This document shows positions 49,597 through 60,091 of a stretch of 64,000 nucleotides of DNA, one piece after another. Source of the DNA: an uncultured bacterium (GTDB taxonomy: Bacteria; Abyssobacteria; SURF-5); contig CAZSKP010000003.1 of assembly GCA_964607485.1 (NCBI GenBank), positions 1 through 64,000 on the forward strand, read 5' to 3'. The position numbers were made by a program, and so were the translations under genes. Positions within the stretch are counted from its first letter, which is position 1. Every line of letters begins with the position of its first letter. A model generated the notes under the pieces. It made no database searches. It was not told where the DNA came from and saw only the letters and a program-made list of their open reading frames with translations.

Positions 49597-50505
49597 ATGA
49601 AATTCGAACTTAGACCATTCAACCGTAACGCCTCTGTGGAAGATGCCATCAGCGATTTAAAGAGTGTGGCAGAGCGCCTTGGCAAGAGCACTTTGACAAA
49701 GCGAGAGTATGCCATGCATGGCAGGTTTAGTCCTGACACAGCCTTGCGCAGATGCGGGTCATGGTCTGAAGCGCTCAGAAGGGCAGGACTTCGGCCCAGC
49801 CGAAACTTTGGCGTTCCGAAAGAGACTTGCCTTAGAGACTTGAAGAGGGTCGCAAAAAAACTTAAGAAACCTTCCGTCACGACGGAAGAATACAGGAAGC
49901 TTGGCAATTTCAGCCTCGCACCATTTATTCGCCACTTCGGGAGCTGGTTTGCCACCCTTGATGCTGCGGGCCTTAAGAAAACTCGGAACCTTCATCTGAC
50001 GGAGGAAGACTATTTCGAGAATCTTGAAAAAATGTGGGTTCATCTTGGGCGACAACCTCATTACGGCGAGGTTCGGAAGCCCTTTTCTCGATACTCAGCA
50101 AAGGCATACACGAAGCGGTTTGGAACATGGCGGAATGCCCTTGAAGCCTTTGTTGCATTCGTGAATCGAGAACCCGACCAGGAAGGCCGACGCAGACCCC
50201 ATACAGCTTCCGTTGGTCAGGAAGAAGGGCAAGGGTTAAGGGTAAACCCGCAGATTCCATCGCCTGGTGAGTCCCGTCACATTTCGTGGCGAGATAGATT
50301 TCTCGTGATGCGCCGAGATGATTTCAAATGCCGGTGTTGTGGAAATAGTCCTGCCTTGACCCCAGGCCTGGTCCTTCACGTTGACCATGTCCACCCTTGG
50401 AGCAAAAGTGGATCAAAGGAGATAGACAATCTGCAGACACTTTGTGACCGATGCAACATAGGCAAGAGCGATCTTCCAATGACAGAAAAAGAAGACAGCC
50501 AATAA
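49597..50505 (+). CDS. HNH endonuclease with three N-terminal homing-endonuclease-associated repeats
   Basis: GSWSEAL/FGSWFATL/FGTWRNAL; CRCCG...HVDHVHP...NLQTLCDRCN; AT-richer. Confidence 0.9.
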   Translation: MKFELRPFNRNASVEDAISDLKSVAERLGKSTLTKREYAMHGRFSPDTALRRCGSWSEALRRAGLRPSRNFGVPKETCLRDLKRVAKKLKKPSVTTEEYRKLGNFSLAPFIRHFGSWFATLDAAGLKKTRNLHLTEEDYFENLEKMWVHLGRQPHYGEVRKPFSRYSAKAYTKRFGTWRNALEAFVAFVNREPDQEGRRRPHTASVGQEEGQGLRVNPQIPSPGESRHISWRDRFLVMRRDDFKCRCCGNSPALTPGLVLHVDHVHPWSKSGSKEIDNLQTLCDRCNIGKSDLPMTEKEDSQ

Positions 50506-50617
50506 GGGCTGGATGGAGAGTTCAACAGACAGGATGAAAATTACGCGGCCAAAGGATGTTATGAAGAAACAAGATAGTGGCCATAGCCACTTCTAATAAC
50601 ACTCCTCGCCAACCACA

Positions 50618-51679
50618 TCAATACTTCCCGAATTTCTCTGTGGCTTGGATGAGGGCGTCGATGTTTTCGGGCGGGGTGCCACGGTCGATGACGCCGCCGC
50701 TGGAGAGCGCGAACCCGCCGCCTTTGGCGGCTCCCTCGATGCACCGGCGCGATTCTTCGAGCACTCGTTCGGGTCCCTCGCGCATCATCACCCCCACCGG
50801 CGCGACGTTGCCGATGAGCGACATGCGTCCGCCGATCGTGCGCTTCAGCTCGGCCATGTCGTGCATGAAGCCCATGTGGAACGACTTGCCGCCCGTCTCG
50901 GGCGCGAGGCCGGTGAGGTCGCGCATGTCGGAGTCGCAGTGATAGATGGTGAGCGCGTCGGAATGCGCCTCGAAGATGCGCGCGGTGTAGGGGATGAAGA
51001 ACTCCTTGAAAAGCGACGGCGACAGCAGGCCCGATATGTCGTCGCACAGGAACACCGCCGCCAGGCTGCCGAGCGTCTGCTTCTGCATGTCGAGATAGGC
51101 GAGCAGCGTGTCGGTGGCGATTTCGAGCAGGCGGTGGCATTTGTCGGGCTTCTCGAACATGTCGATCATCAGCTCGCTGATGCCGCGTATGAGCGCCGCC
51201 AGCACCACCGGCCCGCGCAGGCTGCCGAAGCCGACCGGCCCGCGCGGATTGCCGACGCCCATCTTTAGGCCCTGCTCCGTCGCCATGTCGTTCATCGCCT
51301 CGAAATATTCCATGATTCTCGGAAACAGGCCGTCGCGTTTTGTGTCGGGAACACTGAGTTTGTCCACCTCGTCGATGCTTTGCAGCGCCGGTTTCGTCCA
51401 AGGCGAATCGTCTTCCGGCCAGAATATCTCGCAGAACGCCGCCGCCTCAGTCACGACGCCGAAGTCGGTGTAGAGGGGAGTCAGTCCGCCGAAGCGCTCC
51501 TGCACCTTCGCCTGGCATTCGAGCATCTTCCGGGGGTCGTCGTGATATATGCGCTGCGGCACTCCTCCGTACTCGGCCATGAACCCGCTCTCGATGGGCA
51601 GAAACACGGGCACCTGGTCGGGCTGCTGGCCGTTTATCGCCTGAAAGAGCCTCATTGCATTCAGCATGGGGTCGATCAC
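50618..51679 (-). CDS. uroporphyrinogen decarboxylase / MtaA-CmuA methyltransferase family
   Basis: YHCD, LIGNV, GTPPENIDA; AAGGAG SD before GTG. Confidence 0.9.
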   Translation of the reverse strand: MIDPMLNAMRLFQAINGQQPDQVPVFLPIESGFMAEYGGVPQRIYHDDPRKMLECQAKVQERFGGLTPLYTDFGVVTEAAAFCEIFWPEDDSPWTKPALQSIDEVDKLSVPDTKRDGLFPRIMEYFEAMNDMATEQGLKMGVGNPRGPVGFGSLRGPVVLAALIRGISELMIDMFEKPDKCHRLLEIATDTLLAYLDMQKQTLGSLAAVFLCDDISGLLSPSLFKEFFIPYTARIFEAHSDALTIYHCDSDMRDLTGLAPETGGKSFHMGFMHDMAELKRTIGGRMSLIGNVAPVGVMMREGPERVLEESRRCIEGAAKGGGFALSSGGVIDRGTPPENIDALIQATEKFGKY

Positions 51680-51800
51680 TTTTCGCTCCTTATTTGAAGA
51701 ACGCGTTTCACCATTGCCGAATGAAGATAGCACATCGCGAGCACGATAGTCAAAGACAGAGTTTCCATTCTTTCGCATCGGGGTTTCAGCTCAATTGGAT

Positions 51801-51872
51801 GTCATGCTGAGCACAGCGAAGCATCTCGTTTTGCGCCAACGCAATGGGGATTCTTCGCTTCGCTCAGAATGA
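51801..51872. repeat. GTCATGCTGAGC...GCTCAGAATGA palindromic element
   Basis: Same family as 47787. Confidence 0.8.
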
Positions 51873-52066
51873 TTAAGTGCCTTTGCGGGTTGGTGATCCA
51901 AGACGTTAGAACTCTCTTGGGCAAACTCTTAGAGAAACTCTACGGTCAAGAGGCTGTATGCTGCGGAGCATTGTGACGAAGCGTGGCGCTGTGTTAGAAT
52001 AAAGAGGAACTGCGAAGCGTGCTGCCGCAAAGAGATCTTACTCTTCGCCGGCAGTGGAAGGAGCAC

Positions 52067-53479
52067 ATGGCCAAGAAATACGACGCCGTGATAGTTGGCG
52101 CAGGGCCCGCGGGGATGTTCGCCGCCCGCGAGCTGGCCCGCAATAAGCTGAAGACGCTCATCATCGACCGGGGCAAGGACACGAACGAACGCCGCTGCGA
52201 GATGGAATATGCGGGCGTCTGCCACAAGTGCGACCCGTGCAACGTCCTGTGCGGCGTCGGAGGCGCCGGGACGTTTTCCGACGGCACGCTAAATCTGCGG
52301 CCCGACGTCGGCGGCAATCTGCGCGATTACACGCGGGACGACGACGCGGCGTGGGCGCTCGTGGACGAGGTTGACAAGGCGTTCATACACTACGGCGTCC
52401 GCAACGAGCTGGCTGGCTCTTCGGATGCCGACGTGCAGCAACTGAAAATGCGCGCGGCGTCGGTTGGCGTGAGCTTCGTGGACATCCGACAGCGGCACAT
52501 CGGTTCCGACTTCACCCAGAAGGTCGTCAGCAATTTCAAACAAGACCTCGAGAAGGCGGGCGTCGAGTTTCTGCTGGAGGCAAAGGTGCGGAACATCCGG
52601 CTGAAGGACGGGGTCTGCTGCGGAGTGTTGCTGGAAAATGGCCGGCGGGTGAGCGCGGACAACGTGTTGCTTGCTCCGGGCCGCGTGGGTGCAAACTGGA
52701 TGAACAAGCTGGTCGATCTCAATAAAATAAAGGCCAGGTACGCGCCCATCGACGTCGGCGTCAGGATAGAGGTTCCCAGCATCGTCATGGAGTGGGTGAC
52801 CCGCATCAACCGCGACCCGAAATTCTACATCCGCACCTCACGGCACGACGACTCCGTGCGCACCTTCTGCGCGAACCGGCATGGATTCGTCGTCGAGGAA
52901 CGATACGACGACATAGTCGGCGTCAACGGACACTCATTCCGTGACAAAGATTCTCCCAACACAAACTTCGCGCTGCTCGTGACCATCAATCTGACCGAGC
53001 CGCTCGAGAACACGACCATCTACGGCGAGTGCATCGGCAGGCTGGCATACACGCTCGGCGGCGGCAAACCCATCGTTCAGCGGATGGGCGACCTCCGGCG
53101 CGGCCAGCGTTCCACCGCTCAACGGATCGCCCGAAACTCGGTGCATAACACGCTGAGGGACGTTACGCCGGGCGACATCGGCATGGCCCTGCCGCAGCGC
53201 ATCGTGGCCGATCTATTGGAGAGCCTCGAAACGCTGGACAGGATAATTCCGGGCGTCGCGTCCGATTCCACGCTTCTCTACGCGCCCGAAATCAAATTCT
53301 ACTCCATGAAAATTCAGGTGAGCCCCCGGCTCGAAACAAGCATTCCGCACCTGTTCGCGGCGGGCGACGGAACCGGGTTGTCGCGCGACATTGTCAACGC
53401 CTCGGCCACGGGCATCCTCGCGGGCAGGGGAATGCTCAAGAAAGGCGAGCGGGGCAAAGAATCCAAGCGTTCCACGTAA
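52067..53479 (+). CDS. FAD-dependent oxidoreductase
   Basis: VGAGPAG, GGAGTFSDG, AAGDGTG. Confidence 0.93.
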   Translation: MAKKYDAVIVGAGPAGMFAARELARNKLKTLIIDRGKDTNERRCEMEYAGVCHKCDPCNVLCGVGGAGTFSDGTLNLRPDVGGNLRDYTRDDDAAWALVDEVDKAFIHYGVRNELAGSSDADVQQLKMRAASVGVSFVDIRQRHIGSDFTQKVVSNFKQDLEKAGVEFLLEAKVRNIRLKDGVCCGVLLENGRRVSADNVLLAPGRVGANWMNKLVDLNKIKARYAPIDVGVRIEVPSIVMEWVTRINRDPKFYIRTSRHDDSVRTFCANRHGFVVEERYDDIVGVNGHSFRDKDSPNTNFALLVTINLTEPLENTTIYGECIGRLAYTLGGGKPIVQRMGDLRRGQRSTAQRIARNSVHNTLRDVTPGDIGMALPQRIVADLLESLETLDRIIPGVASDSTLLYAPEIKFYSMKIQVSPRLETSIPHLFAAGDGTGLSRDIVNASATGILAGRGMLKKGERGKESKRST

Positions 53480-53698
53480 CCCATATCGCCCGGTTCCTCT
53501 CTGCACGTCCCGCTCAAACATCGAAACGGCTCTGCTTTCAAAAGTGTGCGGGAAAAGCGCCTTTTCGTTATGGGCGAGGCGTCTCTTCCCCCGAGGAGTC
53601 GCGTCAAGTTTTCCTGAAAGAAACCGAAGTTGTTGTCTCCTAAAGGATTGCGAGGGGCTCGTCGCGGGGCAGTCTTAGGCAAACTTCTTGCCCGTCGC

Positions 53699-53714
53699 TG
53701 GTATGAAACTTGCT
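53699..53714 (+). promoter_or_regulatory. sigma54 -24/-12 promoter
   Basis: TGGTAT-GAAAC-TTGCT. Confidence 0.7.
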
Positions 53715-53785
53715 TGCCTACATCCCGTAATGGCTTTCATACACCCTATTAGGGTGATTGTTTTCATACGAGGAGGAATGTCCGC

Positions 53786-54679
53786 CTGAGTTACACCAAA
53801 GATCAGATAAAGTCAACCGTCGAAAAGATTCAGAATCTGCCGACCCTGCCGAAGGTGGCTGTCAGGATACTCGAGATCGCGTCGGACCCGGATGTCTCGG
53901 TCAGGGAGGTGAGCAGTGCGATACATCAAGACCCGGCTCTCGCCGCCCGCGTGCTCAAGGTTGCGAATTCGCCGTTTTACGGCATGTCGCGCCAGGTCGA
54001 TTCGCTCCAGCTCGCGCTCGTGATTCTTGGGCTCAACGAAGTGCGAAACATAGCGCTCGGCATCACGATACTCAACGTCATGAAGGAATTGAAATCGAAC
54101 GTGAACTATGACAGGGAAGAGTTCTGGATTCACAGCACAGGGTGCGGCGTGGTCGCGAGGATTCTCGGCCGCAAGCTGAATTTCCGGGGAGAGGGAACGG
54201 ACTTCATTGCGGGCCTGTTGCACGACATCGGAAAGATAATCATCGACGAATATTTCAGCAGCAAGTTCGTCGCCATTTTCAACAAAACGTTCAAGCACAA
54301 GCCCCCCATGCTCGAGGCCGAGCGGGAAATACTCGGCGAATCGCACGAGCAAGTCGGCGGATGGCTCGCCGAGAAGTGGCGCCTGCCCGAGACCCTGTGC
54401 GACGCTATCGCGCATCATCACGATTTGCCGCTGATCGATGAGTGGAATACGGTCAAGAACCCGAAGCTGGTGTCGCTCGCGTACATAGCCGAGGCGTTTT
54501 GCGAACAGTATGGGATCGGCTGGGACGGCGATTCCGGATATTCCGACGTCAGGAACAGCGAGGCCTGGGATGTGCTCCTGGCGCAGCAGAACAAGTATGG
54601 TACGGAGAGCATCGACACCCTTCTCGCCGAGACCTTGGAGGCGTTCAACGAGGCCCGTCCGCACATCATGTGGTTATAG
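53786..54679 (+). CDS. HDOD domain protein (probable CTG start)
   Basis: IQNLPTLP, DPALAARVLKVANS, GLLHDIGK; AGGAGG 9 nt before CTG. Confidence 0.9.
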   Translation: MSYTKDQIKSTVEKIQNLPTLPKVAVRILEIASDPDVSVREVSSAIHQDPALAARVLKVANSPFYGMSRQVDSLQLALVILGLNEVRNIALGITILNVMKELKSNVNYDREEFWIHSTGCGVVARILGRKLNFRGEGTDFIAGLLHDIGKIIIDEYFSSKFVAIFNKTFKHKPPMLEAEREILGESHEQVGGWLAEKWRLPETLCDAIAHHHDLPLIDEWNTVKNPKLVSLAYIAEAFCEQYGIGWDGDSGYSDVRNSEAWDVLLAQQNKYGTESIDTLLAETLEAFNEARPHIMWL

Positions 54680-54727
54680 ACGCAAGGCCGGCGGTCCTGC
54701 CTCTGAGCGCTTTCGCCGCGACACCCT

Positions 54728-55921
54728 TCAGATATCCCCGCCCAGATAGCTCAGCGCCACGGCTGCGTGCACCTTCACTCCCGCTTCCAATGCCGCCTCA
54801 TCAATGACACACACTGCGCTGTGTGAGGGGTGGGGCTCTCCCTCGGGCGGCTTCGCTCCGAGGAGGGCAAAGGCGCCCGGCACTTTTTCGAGGAAAAACG
54901 AGAAATCCTCCGACGGCATGCGAGGGCGGCCGAGGGGGCGGACGTTTTCCTTCCCAAGGATTCGGTCCGCCGCCGAACGCACCGTCTGCGTGAACTGGGG
55001 ATCGTTCAGCGTGGCCGGGTATCCGCGCGTGTAGTTGAAATCATACGTCGCGCCGAACGCGGCGGTGACGCCCCTGATGATTTCTTCCATCATGGACGGC
55101 AGCCTGTCGCGGAGGTCGGGGTCGAATGAGCGGACGGTGCCGGACATTTCGACACTGTCAGGAATGATGTTCACCGCCGTCCCGCCATGGATGGTGCAGA
55201 TGCTCACAACCACCGGCTCCGTCGCGTCTATCTGACGGCTCGCGAGCCCCTGAAGCGCCGTTATCACGTGGCCGGATATGAATATGGGGTCGGCGGATTT
55301 GTGGGGGACCGCGCCGTGGCCTCCCCTACCGACAATGGAAAGGGTGAACACATCGGCGCACGCCATCATCGGTCCTTCTCGAATCGAGAGAACGCCCGGA
55401 GGGGAAAGCGGGTCGATGTGGAGCGCGAATGCCGCCTCAATCCGAGGCTCCTCCCGCAGCACACCTTCCTCTATCATCCATCTCGCTCCCGCATATCCCT
55501 CTTCTCCCGGCTGGAAGATGAATTTCACGTTGCCCCGCACCCTGCCGCGGAGCTTCGCGAGCACCATCGCGGCGCCCAAGAGCATCGCCACATGGCCGTC
55601 GTGGTTGCAGGCGTGCATGACGCCGGGCACTCTTGACGCATAGGGCAGGCCCGTGTTCTCCGTGATGGGGAGTGCGTCCATATCGGCACGGAGCGCGATA
55701 GTGGGGCCGTCGGCGGAACCTCTCAGAAGCCCCACAACGCCCGTTGCCGCGGTGCGCCGGACATCGAGCCCCAGCCGTTGAAGCGCCGACGCGACTTTGT
55801 CGGAGGTGCGGAGTTCCTGGAAAGAGAGTTCAGGATGTGAATGGATGTCGCGGCGGATTTCCACGACATCGGGGAAAATGCGCCTGGCCTCTTCCGTTAT
55901 GAATTCTGCCGCCTTGCTCAT
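54728..55921 (-). CDS. M20D amidohydrolase
   Basis: HPELSFQE, RADMDALP, HACNHDGH, QPGEEG. Confidence 0.95.
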   Translation of the reverse strand: MSKAAEFITEEARRIFPDVVEIRRDIHSHPELSFQELRTSDKVASALQRLGLDVRRTAATGVVGLLRGSADGPTIALRADMDALPITENTGLPYASRVPGVMHACNHDGHVAMLLGAAMVLAKLRGRVRGNVKFIFQPGEEGYAGARWMIEEGVLREEPRIEAAFALHIDPLSPPGVLSIREGPMMACADVFTLSIVGRGGHGAVPHKSADPIFISGHVITALQGLASRQIDATEPVVVSICTIHGGTAVNIIPDSVEMSGTVRSFDPDLRDRLPSMMEEIIRGVTAAFGATYDFNYTRGYPATLNDPQFTQTVRSAADRILGKENVRPLGRPRMPSEDFSFFLEKVPGAFALLGAKPPEGEPHPSHSAVCVIDEAALEAGVKVHAAVALSYLGGDI

Positions 55922-56190
55922 GCCTGATTCCTGTGACGTAAGCCGCCGTGGCAAGCCCTATTCTAAAGCGGAGTATTCGGAGTGTCAAGGGCTCCGGCCC
56001 GAACCGCCGGTGTGGGGCATTTTGCGTGTCTTGAGGAACATTTTTTGTTAATTTTTTTGAATAATGCGGCCTTTGCCCCAACTCGGCAGCCATACGACAA
56101 TGAGGCGCTCAATGGCTAACCCTAAGCATTTCAATATGTTAAGAAAATCCGCCGATTTGCGTCGCTCCATTTTCCCCGGGCTGCAATTTG

Positions 56191-56206
56191 TGGCACGATA
56201 GTTGCC
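56191..56206 (+). promoter_or_regulatory. sigma54 -24/-12 promoter
   Basis: TGGCAC-GATAG-TTGC, consensus. Confidence 0.8.
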
Positions 56207-56261
56207 TTCTTCGTCTGGGCACTTCTGGGGGAACCGCATACTTCTCGAGGACGTATCCGCA

Positions 56262-57128
56262 ATGATCACGGATACTGGTGTTTTAAAAAAACTCGACAGA
56301 ATAAAAGAGCTTCCGACGCTTCCCGAGGTGATGCAGGACGTGCTCGCCGCGCTGGCGTCGGACCGCTCTTCGGCGGAGGAGCTGGCCGCCATCCTGTCAA
56401 AAGACCAGGCGTTGTGCTCGAAGGTGCTGAGAGTGGCGAATTCGGCCTTTTACGCACAGTGTCGGACGATCTTTGAGATAGGACATGCAATAGTAGTTTT
56501 GGGATTTGATTCAATCGCGCAACTGATGCTTGCCACCTCGGTGTTCAACCTGTTCGGCCGGATGCCCCTCCGCGGAGCGTTCGATGTGTATGGCTTTTGG
56601 AAACACTCGATAGCCACGGCGGCCGCCGGCAAGATGATTGCCGATACAATTGGCAAGTCGGCCGACGGCGCTCTGGTGTACACGGCAGGTCTGCTTCACG
56701 ACATCGGAAAGCTCGTCTTGATATGCTACTTGCCCGGCCGCTATGCGGCTGTGTTTGAAAAATTGAAATCAGAAGACCTGTTCCTGTACGAGGCCGAGAC
56801 GGCGGTGTTGGGCTTTAACCATTGCGACGCTTCTGAGTGGCTGTGCAACCGATGGCACTTTCCGAAGAGACTGGTGTGTGCGATTGCAAATCATCACGAT
56901 GAAATCTCTCACAACTCTCACACGGATGCGACGGCCGGCATAGTCCGCTTGGCCGACATCTTCTGCAATCGATTGCCGATAGGCAATAGCGGAAACACGA
57001 AGATGTATTCTCTCAATCCGGCGGAGCACCCCGTCGTCGGCCTCGACGACGGCGGTCTGTCTGAAATTGAAGGGAAGCTGGAGGAGAAGAGGGAAGAAAT
57101 TGATTTAATCACAGCGGCGATTACCTGA
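56262..57128 (+). CDS. HDOD domain protein
   Basis: ELPTLP, VANSAFY, GLLHDIGK. Confidence 0.93.
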   Translation: MITDTGVLKKLDRIKELPTLPEVMQDVLAALASDRSSAEELAAILSKDQALCSKVLRVANSAFYAQCRTIFEIGHAIVVLGFDSIAQLMLATSVFNLFGRMPLRGAFDVYGFWKHSIATAAAGKMIADTIGKSADGALVYTAGLLHDIGKLVLICYLPGRYAAVFEKLKSEDLFLYEAETAVLGFNHCDASEWLCNRWHFPKRLVCAIANHHDEISHNSHTDATAGIVRLADIFCNRLPIGNSGNTKMYSLNPAEHPVVGLDDGGLSEIEGKLEEKREEIDLITAAIT

Positions 57129-57149
57129 AGAAGAGGTTACCCGCAGACT

Positions 57150-58913
57150 ATGAACGACAGATCGCAGGAAGATATCGAACGGCACGTGTACGCAGAGGCA
57201 CTTCGCAAGGCCACCCGCGATTACGAGGAGCTTGTGGCCGACCTATCGGTGCTGAGGCAGCTTAACGATTCCTTTCAGGCGGGCTTGAGTTTCGAGGATA
57301 TCTGTCACAAGCTCGTCCAGTTCGTGACGGAGACAATGAACGTTGAGAACGCGTCGTTCATGGTCATGGACCATGAAAAAGGAGAACTCAGGCTGCTGGT
57401 AGGCAAGAGCTTCTATGAGAATGAAGGCACGATTTTCTCCGGCCGCAAGTGGTCGGGAAAGGCGTTCAAGCTAGGCGAAGGCATAGCGGGCAAAGTCGCC
57501 GAAACCCGAAAGAGCGTCCTCATCAACGATACGGATAAAGACCCGGCCTTCGTCAAGACCCGCGGGCAGAAGGTGAGCGTCAGGTCCATCCTCAGCATCC
57601 CTCTCATCCACATCGACCGCCTGCACGGAGTTCTCAATCTGAGCAATTCCGAACCGGGAGCCTTCGATGCCAGGAAGGAACACGCGCTGAACATAATAGC
57701 TTCCACCGTCTCCTTGGCGCTCAGCCACGCTATCGTCGTGAAGGAACTCAAGCAGAACATCAGGGACTTGCAGGAAACCAAGCACAAGCTGATACAGTCC
57801 GACAAGCTGGCGTTGCTCGGAGAAATGCTCTCGGGAGTCGCCCATGAGATGAACAATCCGTTGGCGGCAATCATGGGATACGGCGAGCTCGTCTTGAAAG
57901 ACGAGTCGCTGTCGGAACAGAGCCGGAACATGATGACAAGGCTGATCCACTGCACGGAGCGTTCCAAGAAAATCGTGCAGGGACTGCTGTCGTTCTCCCG
58001 CAGGACGGTGCTGGAGAAACGAGAGGTTGACATCAACGAGATAATCGACCGGACTCTCGAGCGCAGGGCTTCCGACTTCGCAATCAATAACATCGAAATT
58101 GTAAGGGACTATGGAAACAAAGCCGTCACAATGACCGTCGACCCCAACCAGATGGAGCAGGTGTTCTTCAATATCATTAACAACGCTTTCGACTCGATTG
58201 CCGGCCGCGACACCGGAGGAAGATTGGAGATCAGGACCCGAACCACGCAGGATTTAACAATGCAAATCGAATTCATCGACAACGGCCCCGGAGTGACGGA
58301 GGAGCACAAGAGGAAACTCTTCGAACCCTTCTTCACGACAAAAGAGGTGGGCAAGGGAACGGGGCTGGGTCTGAGCATAAGCTACGGCATCATAGAGGAA
58401 CACGGGGGAAACCTCTGTCTCGACGAGAGCTATAACGATGGGGCGAAGTTTGTCATCACCCTGCCGATTGTCCACACCTGCCCGACGGCTGAAGAGCGAG
58501 GCGTACAGACCGAAACCGTCGAGCCCTCCGCGATGGCGGCAAAGATCCTCGTCGTGGACGACGAAGAAGCCATCGCAGATGTCATGCAGACGGCTTTGTC
58601 CGCAGACGGCTTCTCGGTTGACTGCGCATCAAGCGGAGAAAAAGCATACGAGATGCTCTCTCCCTTCACCTACGACCTCGTCATTGCCGACCTCAGGATG
58701 CCCGGTGCGATGGACGGCCGAGAACTCTTCCTCAAGCTTTCCGAAGAGAGCCCGGAAACGGCTGAGCGGTTTGTCTTCATCACGGGAGACATAATGCAAG
58801 ACGAGACGGCAAAGTTCCTGAAGGGAACCGGCAGGCCATTCCTCCTCAAACCATTCTCAATCAGAGACCTCCGGCTGGTCATCAACAGGACGCTGCGCCC
58901 ACCCGCCGCGTGA
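57150..58913 (+). CDS. GAF hybrid histidine kinase/response regulator
   Basis: AHEMNNPL, DNGPG, GTGLGL, C-terminal REC. Confidence 0.95.
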   Translation: MNDRSQEDIERHVYAEALRKATRDYEELVADLSVLRQLNDSFQAGLSFEDICHKLVQFVTETMNVENASFMVMDHEKGELRLLVGKSFYENEGTIFSGRKWSGKAFKLGEGIAGKVAETRKSVLINDTDKDPAFVKTRGQKVSVRSILSIPLIHIDRLHGVLNLSNSEPGAFDARKEHALNIIASTVSLALSHAIVVKELKQNIRDLQETKHKLIQSDKLALLGEMLSGVAHEMNNPLAAIMGYGELVLKDESLSEQSRNMMTRLIHCTERSKKIVQGLLSFSRRTVLEKREVDINEIIDRTLERRASDFAINNIEIVRDYGNKAVTMTVDPNQMEQVFFNIINNAFDSIAGRDTGGRLEIRTRTTQDLTMQIEFIDNGPGVTEEHKRKLFEPFFTTKEVGKGTGLGLSISYGIIEEHGGNLCLDESYNDGAKFVITLPIVHTCPTAEERGVQTETVEPSAMAAKILVVDDEEAIADVMQTALSADGFSVDCASSGEKAYEMLSPFTYDLVIADLRMPGAMDGRELFLKLSEESPETAERFVFITGDIMQDETAKFLKGTGRPFLLKPFSIRDLRLVINRTLRPPAA

Positions 58914-59004
58914 TACGCGGCACGCATTATCAGGAAAATCCTCTGCGCCCCCCGGAGATGGGACGACAACAGCAAGAACGTGCAGCCGCAACCCTGGTCT
59001 TTGT

Positions 59005-59190
59005 GGCATGTAGCCCAAACGGCTCCTCACCCAACAGTGTTCCCCTGCCTTGCCATTGCGAGGAGCAAGGAGCTGCAAGCTCGGGCGACGAGGCAATCCC
59101 GATGGAAAGCGGGGAAACGTCTCCGAGATTGCTTCGGCCGAGTCTGTCGCTCTCGCTCGCAATGACTCCGAACCATTCGAGCAACGGGCC
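59005..59190. mobile_element. MITE-like element, longer copy of 41995-42135
   Basis: Shared CCCAAA..CCTCACCCA, CATTGCGAGGAG..GCTCGGGCGACG..GCAATCCCGATGG and AATGACTCCGAA segments. Confidence 0.7.
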
Positions 59191-59305
59191 GCCAGAGCAA
59201 CTGGAGACGCTTGACTTTATGGTTTGACGACATGTATCATTTTATGCGCTTAAGCTCTTCTGGTTGATTCGGCCATTTCCCCGCACCTTCTGGAGACGCC
59301 GCTTA

Positions 59306-60034
59306 GTGGAAGACGCTGTTCGGCCGAGCATTTCCGTGGTGATGCCCGCCTATAATGAGAAGGACAACATCGAGGAGGCGGTGAGATCCTCGCTCAATAC
59401 CCTCAAGAGCGCGTGTGACGATTTCGAGATCGTGATCGTCGATGACGGGAGCACCGACGGAACGAGCGAGATGCTGGACAGGTTGAGCGAGAGCATTCCC
59501 GAACTCAGAGTGATTCACCACGGGAAGAACTGCAAGTTCGGCAGAACGTTGAGAGACGGAATCGCCGCCGCCCGGAAGGAACTGATCTTCCTCACCGACT
59601 CGGACAATCCCATCGACATGGATGACATGAAGAAGGCGATTCCGATGATGAAGGAGTACGATGTTGTGAACGGACGCCGTCTCACGCGGGAACCTTCGGT
59701 CAAACGCATCATCTACACCGCAGTGTACAACATGATGATACGGACGCTCTTTCGGCTGAATATCCAGGATGTGAACTTCTCATACAAGATGGTCAGGCGC
59801 GAACTTCTCCAGAAACTCGACCTTCGCTCGGAAGGGTCGTTCATTGACGCGGAAATGCTCGTAGAGGCGAAGCGAAACGGCGCGCGAATAACCGAGATCG
59901 GCATCATGTACTACCCAAGGACACTTGGCGAGTCCACCCTCGCCTCACCTTCGGTAATCCTGAAGATACTCTATGAGATGTCCTTGTACATAGTGCGTCG
60001 CCTCTTTCGTTCCGGCGGCTCCGTGTCGGCTTGA
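59306..60034 (+). CDS. glycosyltransferase family 2 (polyprenyl-phosphate sugar synthase type)
   Basis: VVMPAYNE, VDDGSTDGT, DSD. Confidence 0.93.
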   Translation: MEDAVRPSISVVMPAYNEKDNIEEAVRSSLNTLKSACDDFEIVIVDDGSTDGTSEMLDRLSESIPELRVIHHGKNCKFGRTLRDGIAAARKELIFLTDSDNPIDMDDMKKAIPMMKEYDVVNGRRLTREPSVKRIIYTAVYNMMIRTLFRLNIQDVNFSYKMVRRELLQKLDLRSEGSFIDAEMLVEAKRNGARITEIGIMYYPRTLGESTLASPSVILKILYEMSLYIVRRLFRSGGSVSA

Positions 60035-60091
60035 GAGCGCATGGCGCTGAGCAGAATGTGTGAAAACCCGCGCGGTCAGAGGCGTGCTTCG

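Noticed and set aside
50497-50565. possible attC site after the HNH gene
   Set aside because: No proper RYYYAAC/GTTRRRY complementarity, no internal palindrome and no integron integrase
58917-58953. AARIIRKILCAP, a possible fourth gene-end scar of a receiver domain
   Set aside because: Nucleotide similarity to the kinase end is too weak
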